This document shows positions 13,226 to 26,428 of a stretch of DNA of 64,000 nucleotides, one piece after another. The position numbers and the translations under genes were made by a program. A model generated the notes under the pieces. It made no database searches. It was not told the origin of the DNA and was given only the letters and a program-made list of their open reading frames with translations. Location of the stretch: NCBI RefSeq assembly GCF_006345805.1, contig NW_021831285.1, positions 124,497 through 188,496 on the forward strand, in the 5' to 3' direction. The DNA is from Octopus sinensis. Its lineage: Eukaryota. Position 1 is the first letter of the stretch; each line of letters begins with the position of its first letter.

Positions 13226-14720
13226 TTTATTTTAAAAATAAGAATCCTCGAATATGTAATTAGCATCATCTTAAAAAAAATTAATTTTAATGTAAACTAA
13301 TAATTAGACGACTCTCAAATTTTTGCTTCCCGAGTTCCCCATAACTCCACTTTGATCTTCCCCGCCATGATCCTCAATCTCCTCCTGGGGCATGCAGTCT
13401 CTGGGCCTCTTAAGGGACTTGCTGATCTTCATAGAAAAATTATATTTCCGCCAGTCCCTATTTACGGAATTTGCAGAGTCCAGAATTTTACTGAAGCCAT
13501 GTTTGTACTCGACAAACATGCTCTCCAGAGTGGCCTTCAGCGTTACAGTCTGGATGTAAGACCGAACACGTTCTTCAATCCCAAAAAGCTCCATGTACTT
13601 GCGGTAGATTGTTGAAACGATTCCATCCCACGTAGTGACAATTGGCACAATCTTCACCTTAGCCTTGTGAATCAGTTGTAATTCACTAGCTAAAATGTCG
13701 TATTTTTCTACTTCCACACTCTTTAGGTTATCTATTGAAGTCACACCCACTTCAATAAGCCATATTAGGTTCTCTCTTTTGTCGTAGAGGAAAATGTCGG
13801 GTTTGTTATATTGAATTTTCAACTCTGTTGGAATTGTTGTATCAACTCGTATTTCTGCCAAGGTGTTGCACATAATACTCTGGACAGAGTGATTTTTCAG
13901 TCTTCTGGATTTTTTGAATCCAAATCTACCGCACAAGTGCATGTGGATGCATCTCACAATTTCATTGTGTCTTCTCGTATAATCCGAATTAAGCATCCTG
14001 TTGCATCTAGTTGCCATGTGATCAACCGTCTTATTGGAAGATTTACAGTGTGAACATTTTGAATTAGGGTCTCTAAAAAAAATATTCCTGTCTTGAAGAA
14101 ATGAAAACATAGCTTCAGATTTAGGAGATATATTTCCTTTCTTAAGCCATGTTGAAGACGATTGAATATCAAAATTGTTATCATCAAGGGATTCAAATAG
14201 CTTCGAGTGAAGTGTTTCTTCTTGATATTGGACAGTAAGGAATCAATCTGCAATCTACTCAGTGATTTGGTTATCTCTCCTTGGGTGTTCGTTCCATATT
14301 TACAATGCAGGAATTCTGTGATCGTGGCCATATGGGACTTTCTTTTCTGCTCGGCCCACAGAATTGCTGCCTTTCTTGGGGAGATTAACTTTCGCCTCTC
14401 CAGATTTTCACGAAAGTCAAACAGCATTTTTTCCGACCTGAAGGTAATCGAGGCAAGCCCTCTTCCAAGTTTATCCCTCGGCAAATATAGCACTCCTTAC
14501 AGGCTGGTTTCATATGAATATTTAGATCAATTAACAGCTTCCTGACAAATTTGTCAATTTCATCAAAAGCGGACGGTTCCAAATCCAGAAGGCCGATATA
14601 ATAATTGTACAAAGATAAAGCATGTTCATTAATTGCCTTAAACAAATTCACCGAATTTAGTTTCGTCTTCGACAATCTTTCGATACGTTGTTGAACCCCA
14701 ATCCGTAAATTTTTCAAAGT
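13226..14720 (-). mobile_element. 5'-truncated RLE-type non-LTR retrotransposon (R4/Dong-like)
   Basis: LYLPRDKLGRGL, zinc knuckle CSHC..DHMATRC, RHN, KPDI, LIEVG and TWDG motifs. Confidence 0.88.
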
Positions 14721-15248
14721 CGATATCAGCTGGGGAGGTCCAGTGAGTGAATTTCCAGAGGAATAAGGACGACCATGAACATTTAAATCTACTCTTCCAT
14801 TACAATTTTCACTATTATTTTGAGTAGATGCGTCCATAGATATGGTTATTCCATTTTGTAACCCAACCATCCGTACACCACAAGAAATTTTTTTTCTTGT
14901 TGTAATTAGCATAATCATAGCCAACTAAATTATCTACAATGACTTTGTTCGGATCATACTACCTTTTTCTGTAGTCAGCAGCTAAACAATTGAATATACA
15001 CATGTGTTTTCTAATTCATGTGTTAAACTGATAATTTTTTTGGAAAAGTGAATTTATATTATTAAAAAACGTTCACAATCAATTTACACTTTTTTATTGT
15101 AGTGGGACCGAATAAACGCTACGAAACTCGACATCCCATCCGGAGAATCTACTTCCATGTGGAGTCCGTATGTGATGAGATGTCCCTTTTTAGAATTTTT
15201 TTTGTTTTTTTTTTTAAAAAAAATTAAGTATATAAAGACCAAATAAAG

Positions 15249-16088
15249 GGTACATATGTAGTAGTTGGCGGCCACTTTTTAGCGAATTTTAAAAAAACTA
15301 TATTTTTTTTAGTTAAAAAAATATATAATTAAAAATAATACAATATAAAAATAATAAAATCCCACGCTACTTTAATTTAAATGAGAAGTGAGGTCAATCT
15401 ATTCAATCTACCCACAAATATGTCAGAAGCTATCAATTTCATGCAATCCAGAGGAATCATCCCAAAAAAAAGTGTGTCGCAACGGACACCAAATGACTTT
15501 AAACATTGGCAGCTCTCCGGCTTGGAATTGCTAGGTGTGCGTAAATTTATAATATAATAGGCGGTGAAGGAATGATTGTGGAAATTGACGAAAGTCATTT
15601 TTCAAAAAGGAAATACAACAGAGGCAGAATGTTGCCTGAGCAATGGGTTTTCGGCGGAATCTGCAGAGAAACGAACCAATGCTTCTTAGAAGCAATACCT
15701 GACAGAACAATGAAGACCCTTACGAAGGCTATTCTTGAGAATGTAGAAGAAGGCACCATTCTCATATCAGACTGCTGGAAGGGTTATTCAACAAAAGATC
15801 TTCAGGATGCAGGATATCAGCACCTGCAAGTGAATCACAGATATTGTTTTGTTGATCCAACTACGGGTGCACACACCCAACATAAGAATTTGAAACAATC
15901 ATGGAGTGCATTGCCTTACATTGTCCCCCAGAATCAAAACTAAAATAAAAAAAATAATTAATAATTTTGTATAAAAATAATTAATTTTTTTATAGTAATA
16001 TTATTTAAAAAAGGTAATTATTCACCAAAAAAAATATAGTTTTTTTAAAATTCGCTAAAAAGTGGCCGCCAACTACTACATATGTACC
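15249..16088 (+). mobile_element. Merlin (IS1016-like) DNA transposon, internally deleted
   Basis: ~60-bp TIRs starting GGTACATATGTAG; 8-bp TSD AAATAAAG; VEIDES, WVFGG, SDCWKGY and VNH..FVDP motifs; 26-nt intron 15535-15560; empty site at 25258-25265. Confidence 0.93.
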
Positions 16089-16106
16089 AAATAAAGTTTT
16101 AATTAA

Positions 16107-16905
16107 TTAGTATGACCCTAGGATAGCGTGTGAATTTCCGCGGACAATTGCACACGAAATCCTCTGGAAGAGCCACGACGTCTCCCGCGGATCACCTGTT
16201 TTTTTGGTGATTAGACCACCCAATCTTCGAATGAACGAAAAACTCTCTGTTCCAAAGACTCTGGAAGTCTCCACAGCGATCGGCTGGAAAAGATATCTGT
16301 CTGCCAGGAAAGAGTATTTCTTTTTCTTCAACTCTTCAGAACGTTTTGCAGCAGAGCCAGGAAAGGATGCCGAACTTCCGAATGAAGAAGGTCCAAACGT
16401 GTCAGGGCAGGTAAAATCCCAAACAAGTGCTTTCCCTCTCGTGTACGGGTAGATGGTTACGCCGTCTGGGCGTTTGCCATCCCCTCTATCGAGACCAGCT
16501 GGTTCGAGTTGAGAGTGGAATCCGGCAGCGTCCATGGCCCTTTTGATGATGTCATTGGCGGCGGAATGTCGGGGAAAACGACCGGCACTACGAGTGCAAG
16601 AAAGTGGGTGCCTTCCCAATGGACCAATCCTCTTTCCACATTTGCAGGGGTGTGGGGTGCACATCGGTAAGCCGAGACGTAGACATAGGCCGATCCTAAT
16701 GGTATCGTCGTCCAGTTTACAGCCGGTAGACGCAATAGGACAAGCGCTTATCCAGGAGCCAGAATTGGGTTGTGCACCCGATCTGAGACATATGATCCGT
16801 TCTTGGTCCATGCACAGTTCGATAACTCTGTAAGTCTCCCTGCACCAGATTTCGTCCCAATGTCTCTGTGAAGATTCCACTTCGGGGAGTCTCAGACCAA
16901 GGCTT
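16107..16905 (-). mobile_element. 5'-truncated CRE-like RLE non-LTR retrotransposon (3' UTR probably extends to ~15085)
   Basis: LRLG, C-x-C..H..C, RH..ND, RPDG, WD, K..KY and P.AVET motifs. Confidence 0.85.
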
Positions 16906-16978
16906 TTTAGAATTAGCATATCAATACAGTCGAGTAAGATGATGTCCGGCTTGCTATTCTCGATATACTCCTATGGTA

Positions 16979-17259
16979 CAGCGATACAAATAAAAAACGG
17001 AACACTCATTTTCTCGATTTTTTTCTATTGAATGCATGATTTATTTTAACAAAAATAGAATTTTTAGAAGACAAACATAACTTTAGCCTTAAAAAAATAA
17101 AAACAACTTATATTTCGGACCGTAATTAAATCCAGTTTTGTCTAAACAAAATAAAAAAGAGAACAAAATAAAATTCTCTATTTTTACAGAGTTATAAAAA
17201 AAGCATTATATAGAAAGAAATTGAGAAATTGGCTGTTCCGTTTTTTATTTGTATCGCTG
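16979..17259. mobile_element. Tc1/mariner-type MITE
   Basis: 26-bp perfect TIR CAGCGATACAAATAAAAAACGGAACA flanked by TA; no ORF. Confidence 0.88.
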
Positions 17260-17261
17260 TA

Positions 17262-17637
17262 TATTATTTTTTGTTTGAGAGTCATTTTCCAATTATGCAA
17301 TTCCATCTGCTTCAACAATCGCAACTTTTTCTCATTTTTCAATCTCAAAGGAAATTCCTGTTAAAACAGACGGTCACCGTAGATCTTATAGAGGTCTTTG
17401 ACATATTCTAATAAACAAACCACAAAACAGTTTTAGTAAAGTAATCGCGCTGGTGTTACCCTCTTTTGGATGCGTTTTTTAATCGCTTCCAGTTGCCTCT
17501 CTACCTCGATAGTTCTTTTAGGACCTCAATGTCATTTTCCGATGTCAGCCCTTTTCCAATCAAGGTTTTGATGTAAAACGGATGGAAGCCTATTTCTTGA
17601 TCTTCCTCTAAAAGATGAGGAGTGTAAAAGTATTTCA
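17262..17637 (-). CDS. Putative small multi-exon gene of unknown function, head-to-head with BRCA1 and hit by the MITE at its 3' end
   Basis: Manual splicing with 20-nt GT-AG introns gives MKYFYTPHLLEEDQEIGFHPFY...IE|VERQLEAIKKRIQKR...|EFPLRLKNEKKLRLLKQMEL; no homology recognised. Confidence 0.3.
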
Positions 17638-17987
17638 TCGGAGGACATTATTAAAAAATTAATATTCAAAAAATCATTAATCGTTTGAGAATGTAAATAT
17701 ATGTGAGATAAATAAAAAATTCTATTATATTTTTGCAGAAAAACAGAACAGCCAGAAACTTTTATCACTTTTCCTATTCACAAAAACTGCTGTCGAAATG
17801 TAAACGAACCCATCCATGCCACAAGCGACCCTAGACTTAGCAATATAAAGACTCTATATCGACTCAAAGGCTCGGGACACTTTTTTCTTGTAAAAAATGA
17901 AATTAATATTTCGGATCAATTAATTATTGTGTTGAATATTAATCTTATTTATAATTCAAAAATAAAATACATTTGGCTCCTGTTTAG

Positions 17988-20295
17988 ATGGTTCGTTCGT
18001 CATCAATTTGCAAAGTAAATGAAATTATAATGAATATGGAAAATTTACTAAGCTGCAACCTCTGGTAGTTACAGGCTTTAAATTTTTAGTTCTAATTACT
18101 TGTTGAAGGCAGTCATTATTCACTGTGGACATTCATTTTGCCAGTATTGAGTTATATATAGTTCATATAGCGAGTGTGTTGACATGCCAGCTGACCACCT
18201 TGACTATTACTGTCCTGTCTGTTCCCACAAATACACGCACAAGTAATCAGTGGTCATGTTTCAGTTCTGCCTGGAATGACGTAATCATTTCTGATTTGGC
18301 AGCAAAATTGCAGAAAATTAAAAAAACTGTGAAAGAAGAAATCAAAGGAAAATGTTTTGTCTTTTTATATTGTTAGCATTCAAGGCTGAATTATCATCAC
18401 TTCCAGTTATAAAAAGAAATAAAGTGATCAAATGCACTAAAAATAATTCAAAAAAACTACACGAGGTGGAAAACTCTCACAATCAATCACTCAATGACAC
18501 TTTGACCAATCAGAAAGACAGTCAAATTAGCTATTTGGGCACAATTCCTATGGGCAGTAAAAATTGTTACAAAAATTATAAAAACCCAATCGTCGTCAGG
18601 AATGCAACTTTAGACGATTGGATTGATTCCACTAATCACAACTCGACTGTCCAAGCCGATGAAAACTCTCACATTTTCCACTCATTGACCAACGAAGAAT
18701 CCCGTTTTGAAAATTTGAGTTTTCCAAACAACAAACAGACTGATTTCTCCTCTGTTATACATGTTGACTCTGTCTCTTCTCGTTTTGAAAATTTGAGTTT
18801 TCCAAGCCACAAACAGAAGGTTGTCTCCCCTGTTATATATAATGACTCCGTCTCTTCTCGTTTTGAAAAATTGAGTTCTCCAAACAACAAACAGACTGAT
18901 GTCTCCACTGTTATACATGATGACTCCGTCTCTTCTCGTTTTGAGAATTTGAGTTCTCCAAGCAACAAACAGAATGATGTCTCCACTGTTATACATGATG
19001 ACTCCTCTCTTCTCGTTTTGAGAATTTGAGTTCTCCAAGCAACAAACAGAATGATGTCTCCACTGTTATACATGATGACTCCTTCTCTTCTCGTTTTGAG
19101 AATTTGAGTTCTCCAAGCAACAAACAGAATGATGTCTCCACTGTTATACATGATGACTCCTTCTCTTCTCGTTTTGAGAATTTGAGTTCTCCAAGCAACA
19201 AACAGAATGATGTCTCCACTGTTATACATGATGACTCCGTCTCTTCTGGACAGAAGATCTTGGAATTAGTTGATGAGTCCTTCAATAAGGAACTTACTCT
19301 TGTCACTACCGACAACTTTGATTCTCAAATGGGCAATGGAATGGGAATAGAGGACATGTCTCAAGACCTGTTTGAATCCGACTCCCAAAATGGGGGACTG
19401 TGAGAATATATAGTTCTAATTATAGAGAAATAAACCACGATGTATTAGAAACGGTTTTCGTCACTTCCACCTCTCCTCGGACGTCTGATCACAAGTACGC
19501 TGACTCTCAGACCACTCCGAGTTCAGTGGGGAAGGAGAACTATTCCTTGGTCTCCTCTGGTCTCGGTTCTGAGATTGTTGTAAGCTTTATATGTCCAGAT
19601 TATTTAAAATAGCAACAAATTCTCCATTTTTCAGACTTTTTTGGAGTGAGTTATAGCACTAGTTTTAATGCGAATGTGACATCCCATGTGGTCGTTGAAG
19701 GTCGGCATTGTGACCTTATTTTGTCCAGGTTCCTCTGGACTGTGCAGTCGTACTCTCAAATACTTGAATGGAGTGGCACAGGGTTGCTGGGTTGTCGACT
19801 CAGCCTGGGTTATTGACAGTCTTGTACACAAAAAATGGATTTCTGAGGTTGAACTGGTCTGTTTGGAATTCGAAGGAGATTTATGAAGTTATCGGAGACA
19901 CTGATTTCGGGAAGCTGCATTATGGGCCAAAGAAGAGTCGGGTTGATAGCAAAAGGTTGTTTGAGGGGATGGAAATATGCTGTGTTGGGAGTTTTTCCAT
20001 GATTTTGTTGGGTTTGTTTGTTGCGGGGATTTGTAGAGGACTTGAATTGTCTCGTCATGCTTGCTGGTGCAAGTTTGGGGGATTTTTCGAACATGTCCAA
20101 TTCGTTTCGAAAGTCGGTGGTTGTTGTTGAGGTCATCGACGAGTTCATTTTGCCGAATTTGATTCGTACGTGGTTTTGTGTATTTTAGGCTATCGTGACG
20201 AAGGCAGGGTTCATTTGGTTGTTCTGGAATGGCTATTGGATTCCATTTCACTCCATCAACTCAGGCCGTTTTCTGAATATTCACTCGATTTGTAG
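17988..20295 (+). CDS. BRCA1: Miniature BRCA1-like protein (RING, 26-aa repeats, two BRCT), about 680 aa, 10 micro-introns; one 1-bp frameshift near 19005
   Basis: Spliced RING KVNEIIMNMENLLSCNLC..CGHSFCHEC..CPVC; BRCT LVSSGL, SHVVV, CSRTLKYLNGVAQGCWVV..W, YEVIGD..HYGPKKSR..LFEGMEICCVG, VVLEWLLDSISL; introns of 22-33 nt keep frame. Confidence 0.88.
18699..19248 (+). repeat. 78-bp coding VNTR, 7 units
   Basis: SSRFENLSSPSNKQNDVSTVIHDDSV repeated in frame; only 4 units in copy B. Confidence 0.93.
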
Positions 20296-20577
20296 TATTT
20301 ATTTTAAAATGATTTATTTGGTAAGAGCTCGTCGAGGAGACATTTATTAGGTTAGGATGTCTACCGTCGTTAATTTGATAAAGATTTGTAAAGATATTTG
20401 TGTTTCCCGCGCTGGTCACAAGCAGGATGGTGACTTGTGTATACTTAACAGGTCGATTTACACATTTTGACATTAAATTAAAAACGAAAATAATTTGATA
20501 TAAAAAGGGTTTAGCGTCATTTTAATTAAAAAATGATATTTTTAAAAGATGTTATATAATCTTAGTTTTTCTTAAAA

Positions 20578-20981
20578 ATGCCACTGAATACCAAAATCTT
20601 GTAAATCTACTGCTCCGACAATTAGAATTGACTACATTTAAATTCCAAAAATACAAACTTATAAAAAACCAAATCAAATCGTGAAAATTGATGATTAGTA
20701 TATTTGCTATTTACAATTCATAGTCTTTATCTGTTGGAACAGAATAACAAAGACACACTTTTTTGGACTGAAGTCGTTTATTTAATGAAAAGATAAGAAA
20801 ATAAGTAGAATATTGCAGACTTGAGGGTGAAAGAAAGGATTTGGCCTATTTTATGCAGAAATGAATTGCTGAATAAACTCTGCGTCCTGAGGAAAATGGT
20901 TAATGCAGCAGCACGTTCGGGATGAAGAGTGTGAGTAATGAGGTGGACCCACCTTTTGATTTGAAAGAGGAGGCAGTGTAG
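20578..20981 (+). other. Possible small intron-rich gene or pseudogene
   Basis: ATG followed by several 24-30 nt GT..AG segments, but my best splice model retains in-frame stops. Confidence 0.2.
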
Positions 20982-21615
20982 AAAGTGAGTTTTTATAAAA
21001 AGTTGTAAATAAAACGAAATAAAATTTTTCGTTTCGTTTAAATTATTTTTATCATTTTCATTTTATGTATCACTATTCACAATTTTCATGTTTATTGGTT
21101 CTTCAGATCTTTTTTTATTTTAAAACAATTGATATGAAGACATTTTCAAATTCTGATAAACATTATGAACGGTAGTGGTACTAATACAATTTTTCTTGTA
21201 ATCGTTTTGAATATTTTTAATTCTGCACATGTTTACACGCGTACTCATTTTGTGGCGTTTTTTATAGTGTGTGTTTAATAAGAGCGAATTGCAAATACTC
21301 CTTGATACTGTTCCCTATGTGGCCAAAGCTTCAACTATTTATTTTAAAATTTTAGCAAGTATCGAGACATTAATATTTTTGATTACATTTTTTCCATATC
21401 TTGAAACATTTCAATCATTATTATGTCTTATAATCATTTCATCTCCTACGTTTATATTTTCCTCATCATATCGCCATTTTCTTTATTTTCTCTCCGATTT
21501 TTGAAGATTTTCCAGAATCTTCATATTTTTCTGTTCATTTTCCGAGCATTCATTTTTTTCGTAATTATTTCTTTTGGGTCAGTTCCATCGAATGCCATTA
21601 ATGCGTTTATTTTAT

Positions 21616-22620
21616 CAATGTTAGGAAAATGGGTAAAATTTTCTTTTCTGATTTGAGATATCCATAATTCCAACTTCATTATGAAAGCATTTATTGAACT
21701 GATCATATCGATAATATATCTATTCTTTCCCTGTAATTCTAAACTGAGTTCATTCAGTTTGCTGGTAATATCGGTTAAAAATGCCAAGTTTATTAGCCAA
21801 TCAGGATTTTCAAGAAAATGCCAATTCTTGTTGTTTTCTTTAGAAAATTCTTTAATGTATGATAATAATTCTATGAAACGACTGAGAATTAATCCCTTGC
21901 TTAACCATCTTATGTCACAATGTAAAGGTAGATCGCCATAGATTGCATCGACTTGTTCTAGAAAAAGTCGAAATAATCTTCTTTGTAGGGGCTTGGCTCG
22001 GATGGAATTAATAATTTTAACTGTTGTCTCCATAACATAGTTGAAATTTAACATTTTCCCACATAATGCATGTTGGTGAATGATGCAATGATATGATAAA
22101 AATTTCGGAAAATGTTCATCTTTCCGACAAAATGCAATAAATCCATTTTGATTCCCAATCATTGCAAGGGCTCCATCTGTTGTTATGGATACAAGTTTCT
22201 TCATTAACGGTAATAATTCGAATGATAACAAAAACGTTTTGAAAGAATTATAAATATTTTCACCAGTTGTTCTTTCTTTCATAGGTATAATAGCAAATAA
22301 CTCTTCCTTGACAGTTAGATCATGGAAGATTAAACGGGAAAATACACATAGATGGGCGATATCAATAGCATCGTTTGATTCGTCAAACTGTAGAGAAAAA
22401 CACGAACATGCGTAAAGATCCTTTTTTAACTGCGAAAGAAGATTTTCAGAAATGCTTTCAGCCCTTCTGACAATTGACTGTTTTGAGAGCTGAAGCTCTT
22501 TGATGCAATTTGAAATTTCCTGTTTATTTTTCATACCATCAAATAGTGAATCGGCAGCTTCTAAAAAACAAGATTTTAAAATTTCCCCATCAGTGAAAGG
22601 TTTTTTGTGTTTTACGACTA
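21616..22620 (-). mobile_element. Duplicated internal piece of the 3793-5425 hAT transposase
   Basis: ORF 21521-22534 is nearly identical to ORF 4560-5369 and runs across the duplication junction. Confidence 0.9.
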
Positions 22621-23238
22621 GACTAGAATCTAGACTCTAGATTTACATAGATTGTATAATCTTTCATTTGAGATTTTCCTTGCCCAGAAGATTCCGATCA
22701 ATATACGGATTTGATTCCTATGAAATGGATCTAACTTCACTAAATCATTTTTGAGGTTCTCCATGTTCCAAAATTATAGAGCAGGACTTTTATGTGGATA
22801 CAAAAGTTGAATGTTCAACGTCAAGGAACAACGGATTGTGACATTTTTGACGAAATGAGAAAATATGCCTTGATGGTATCCTTCAAGCGTAGTGTGGATA
22901 CTCCGCTTAGCGACTTTGAGGCAAACTCGACTGAGACAATCGTTTTTTTGCCAGAACAGAGAATAAAGACTTTCTATAATGATGATAATTAGATGTTTTT
23001 GGAGACGGTGAACAATGCAAAGAAGCCATGTTAAGTTTCATATCAAGACCTCTTTCCTTAACCACATAACATCCATTTAGAATTTCCACATCCAGCTGAA
23101 GTGGCGAGAGTTCTCAGCTGAGTCGTTCTAATGCACTTCATGAAGCGACTTTTAGAAGTTTACTATCCCAGAATTGATAAAATATATTGTTACCTCTATA
23201 GAATTATCAGAATATTCAATATTCTGTAATTGAAATAA

Positions 23239-24740
23239 TTTATTTTAAAAATAAGAATCCTCGAATATGTAATTAGCATCATCTTAAAAAAATTAATTTT
23301 AATGTAAACTAATAATTAGACGACTCTCAAATTTTTGCTTCCCGAGTTCCCCATAACTCCACTTTGATCTTCCCCGCCATGATCCTCAATCTCCTCCTGG
23401 GGCATGCAGTCTCTGGGCCTCTTAAGGGACTTGCTGATCTTCATAGAAAAATTATATTTCCGCCAGTCCCTATTTACGGAATTTGCAGAGTCCAGAATTT
23501 TACTGAAGCCATGTTTGTACTCGACAAACATGCTCTCCAGAGTGGCCTTCAGCGTTACAGTCTGGATGTAAGACCGAACACGTTTTTCAATCCCAAGGAG
23601 CTCCATGTACTTGCGGTAGATTGTTGAAACGATTCCATCCCACGTAGTGACAATTGGCACAATCTTCACCTTAGCCTTGTGAATCAGTTGTAATTCACTA
23701 GCTAAAATGTCGTATTTGTGCAGTTTTTCTACTTCCACTCTTTAGGTTATCTATTGAAGTCACACCCACTTCAATAAGCCATATTAGGTTCTCTCTTTTG
23801 TCGTAGAGGAAAATGTCGGGTTTGTTATATTGAATTTTCAACTCTGTTGGAATTGTTGTATCAACTCGTATTTCTGCCAAGGTGTTGCACATAATACTCT
23901 GGACAGAGTGATTTTTCAGTCTTCTGGATTTTTGAATCCAAATCTACCGCACAAGTGCATGTGGATGCATCTCACAATTTCATTGTGTCTTCTCGTATAA
24001 TCCGAATTAAGCATCCTGTTGCATCTAGTTGCCATGTGATCAACCGTCTTATTGGAAGATTTACAGTGTGAACATTTTGAATTAGGGTCTCTGAAAAAAA
24101 TATTCCTGTCTTGAAGAAATGAAAACATAGCTTCAGATTTAGGAGATATATTTCCTTTCTTAAGCCATGTTGAAGACGATTGAATATCAAAATTGTTATC
24201 ATCAAGGGATTCAAATAGCTTCGAGTGAAGTGTTTTCTTCTTGATATTGGACAGTAAGGAATCAATCTGCAATCTACTCAGTGATTTGGTTATCTCTCCT
24301 TGGGTGTTCGTTCCATATTTACAATGCAGGAATTCTGTGATCGTGGCCATATGGGACTTTCTTTTCTGCTCGGCCCACAGAATTGCTGCCTTTCTTGGGG
24401 AGATTAACTTTCGCCTCTCCAGATTTTCACGAAAGTCAAACAGCATTTTTTCCGACCTGAAGGTAATCGAGGCAAGCCCTCTTCCAAGTTTATCCCTCGG
24501 CAAATATAGCACTCCTTACAGGCTGGTTTCATATGAATATTTAGATCCATTAACAGCTTCCTGACAAATTTGTCAATTTCATCAAAAGCGGACGGTTCCA
24601 AATCCAGAAGGCCGATATAATAATTGTACAAAGATAAAGCATGTTCATTAATTGCCTTAAACAAATTCACCGAATTTAGTTTCGTCTTCGACAATCTTTC
24701 GATACGTTGTTGAACCTCAATCCGTAAATTTTTCAAAGTC
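23239..24740 (-). mobile_element. Copy B of the R4/Dong-like retroelement
   Basis: Near-identical to 13226-14720. Confidence 0.88.
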
Positions 24741-25276
24741 GATATCAGCTGGGGAGGTCCAGTGAGTGAATTTCCAGAGGAATAAGGACGACCATGAACA
24801 TTTAAATCTACTCTTCCATTACAATTTTCACTATTATTTTGAGTAGATGCGTCCATAGATATGGTTATTCCATTTTGTAAACCAACCATCCGTACACCAC
24901 AAGAAATTTTTTTTCTTGTTGTAATTAGCATAATCATAGCCAACTAAATTATCTACAATGACTTTGTTCGGATCATACTACCTTTTTCTGTAGTCAGCAG
25001 CTAAACAATTGAATATACACATGTGTTTTCTAATTCATGTGTTAAACTGATAATTTTTTTGGAAAAGTGAATTTATATTATTAAAAAACGTTCACAATCA
25101 ATTTACACTTTTTTATTGTAGTGGGACCGAATAAACGCTACGAAACTCGACATCCCATCCGGAGAATCTACTTCCATGTGGAGTCCGTATGTGATGAGAT
25201 GTCCCTTTTTAGAATTTTTTTGTTTTTTTTTTAAAAAAAATTAAGTATATAAAGACCAAATAAAGTTTTAATTAAT

Positions 25277-26075
25277 TAGTATGACCCTAGGATAGCGTGT
25301 GAATTTCCGCGGACAATTGCACACGAAATCCTCTGAAAGAGCCACGACGTCTCCCGCGGATCACCTGTTTTTTTGTGGTGATTAGACCACCCAATCTTCG
25401 AATGAACGAAAAACTCTCTGTTCCAAAGACTCCGGAAGTCTCCACAGCGATCGGCTGGAAAAGATATCTGTCTGCCAGGAAAGAGTATTTCTTTTTCTTC
25501 AACTCTTCAGAACGTTTTGCAGCAGAGCCAGGAAAGGATGCCGAACTTCCGAATGAAGAAGGTCCAAACGTGTCAGGGCAGGTAAAATCCAAACAAGTGC
25601 TTTCCCTCTCGTGTACGGGTAGATGGTTACGCCGTCTGGGCGTTTGCCATCCCCTCTATCGAGACCAGCTGGTTCGAGTTGAGAGTGGAATCCGGCAGCG
25701 TCCATGGCCCTTTTGATGATGTCATTGGCGGCGGAATGTCGGGGAAAACGACCGGCACTACGAGTGCAAGAAAGTGCGTGCCTTCCCAATGGACCAATCC
25801 TCTTTCCACATTTGCAGGGGTGTGGGGTGCACATCGGTAAGCCGAGACGTAGACATAGGCCGATCCTAATGGTATCGTCGTCCAGTTTACAGCCGGTAGA
25901 CGCAATAGGACAAGCGCTTATCCAGGAGCCAGAATTGGGTTGTGCACCCGATCTGAGACATATGATCGTTCTTGGTCCATGCACAGTTCGATAACTCTGT
26001 AAGTCTCCCTGCACCAGATTTCGTCCCAATGTCTCTGTGAAGATTCCACTTCGGGGAGTCTCAGACCAAGGCTTT
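25277..26075 (-). mobile_element. Copy B of the CRE-like retroelement
   Basis: Near-identical to 16107-16905 with 1-bp indels. Confidence 0.85.
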
Positions 26076-26147
26076 TTAGAATTAGCATATCAATACAGTC
26101 GAGTAAGATGATGTCCGGCTTGCTATTCTCGATATACTCCTATGGTA

Positions 26148-26428
26148 CAGCGATACAAATAAAAAACGGAACACTCATTTTCTCGATTTTTTTCTATTGA
26201 ATGCATGATTTATTTTAACAAAAATAGAATTTTTAGAAGACAAACATAACTTTAGCCTTAAAAAAATAAAAACAACTTATATTTCGGACCGTAATTAAAT
26301 CCAGTTTTGTCCAAACAAAATAAAAAAGAGAACAAAATAAAATTCTCTATTTTTACAGAGTTATAAAAAAAGCATTATATAGAAAGAAATTGAGAAATTG
26401 GCTGTTCCGTTTTTTATTTGTATCGCTG
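26148..26428. mobile_element. Copy B of the MITE
   Basis: Same TIRs and TA flanks as 16979-17259. Confidence 0.88.

Larger units (their letters stand above)
4421..21615. repeat. Tandem segmental duplication, copy A (contains three extra TE insertions)
   Basis: Colinear and near-identical to 21616-30545 once the hAT (2129 bp with TSD), Helitron (5053), Merlin (848 with TSD) and three 78-bp VNTR units are removed: about 8931 bp versus 8930 bp. Confidence 0.92.

Noticed and set aside
14385-14924. 179-aa ORF (and copy 24404-24943) as a host gene
   Set aside because: Chimeric read-through from flanking DNA into the 5'-truncated R4-like element.
18348-18376. Apparent non-canonical GA-AG intron in BRCA1
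   Set aside because: A canonical 23-nt GT-AG intron starting six bases later gives the same frame.
20578-20981. Stop-codon reassignment suggested by in-frame TAA/TGA in a tentative gene model
   Set aside because: Well-supported genes end in TAA (COQ3, SMIM4), TAG (BRCA1) and TGA (COA7) with no internal stops, so the standard code fits.
21521-22534. 337-aa ORF as a domesticated transposase gene
   Set aside because: It is a truncated hAT piece whose C-terminus is created by the duplication junction.
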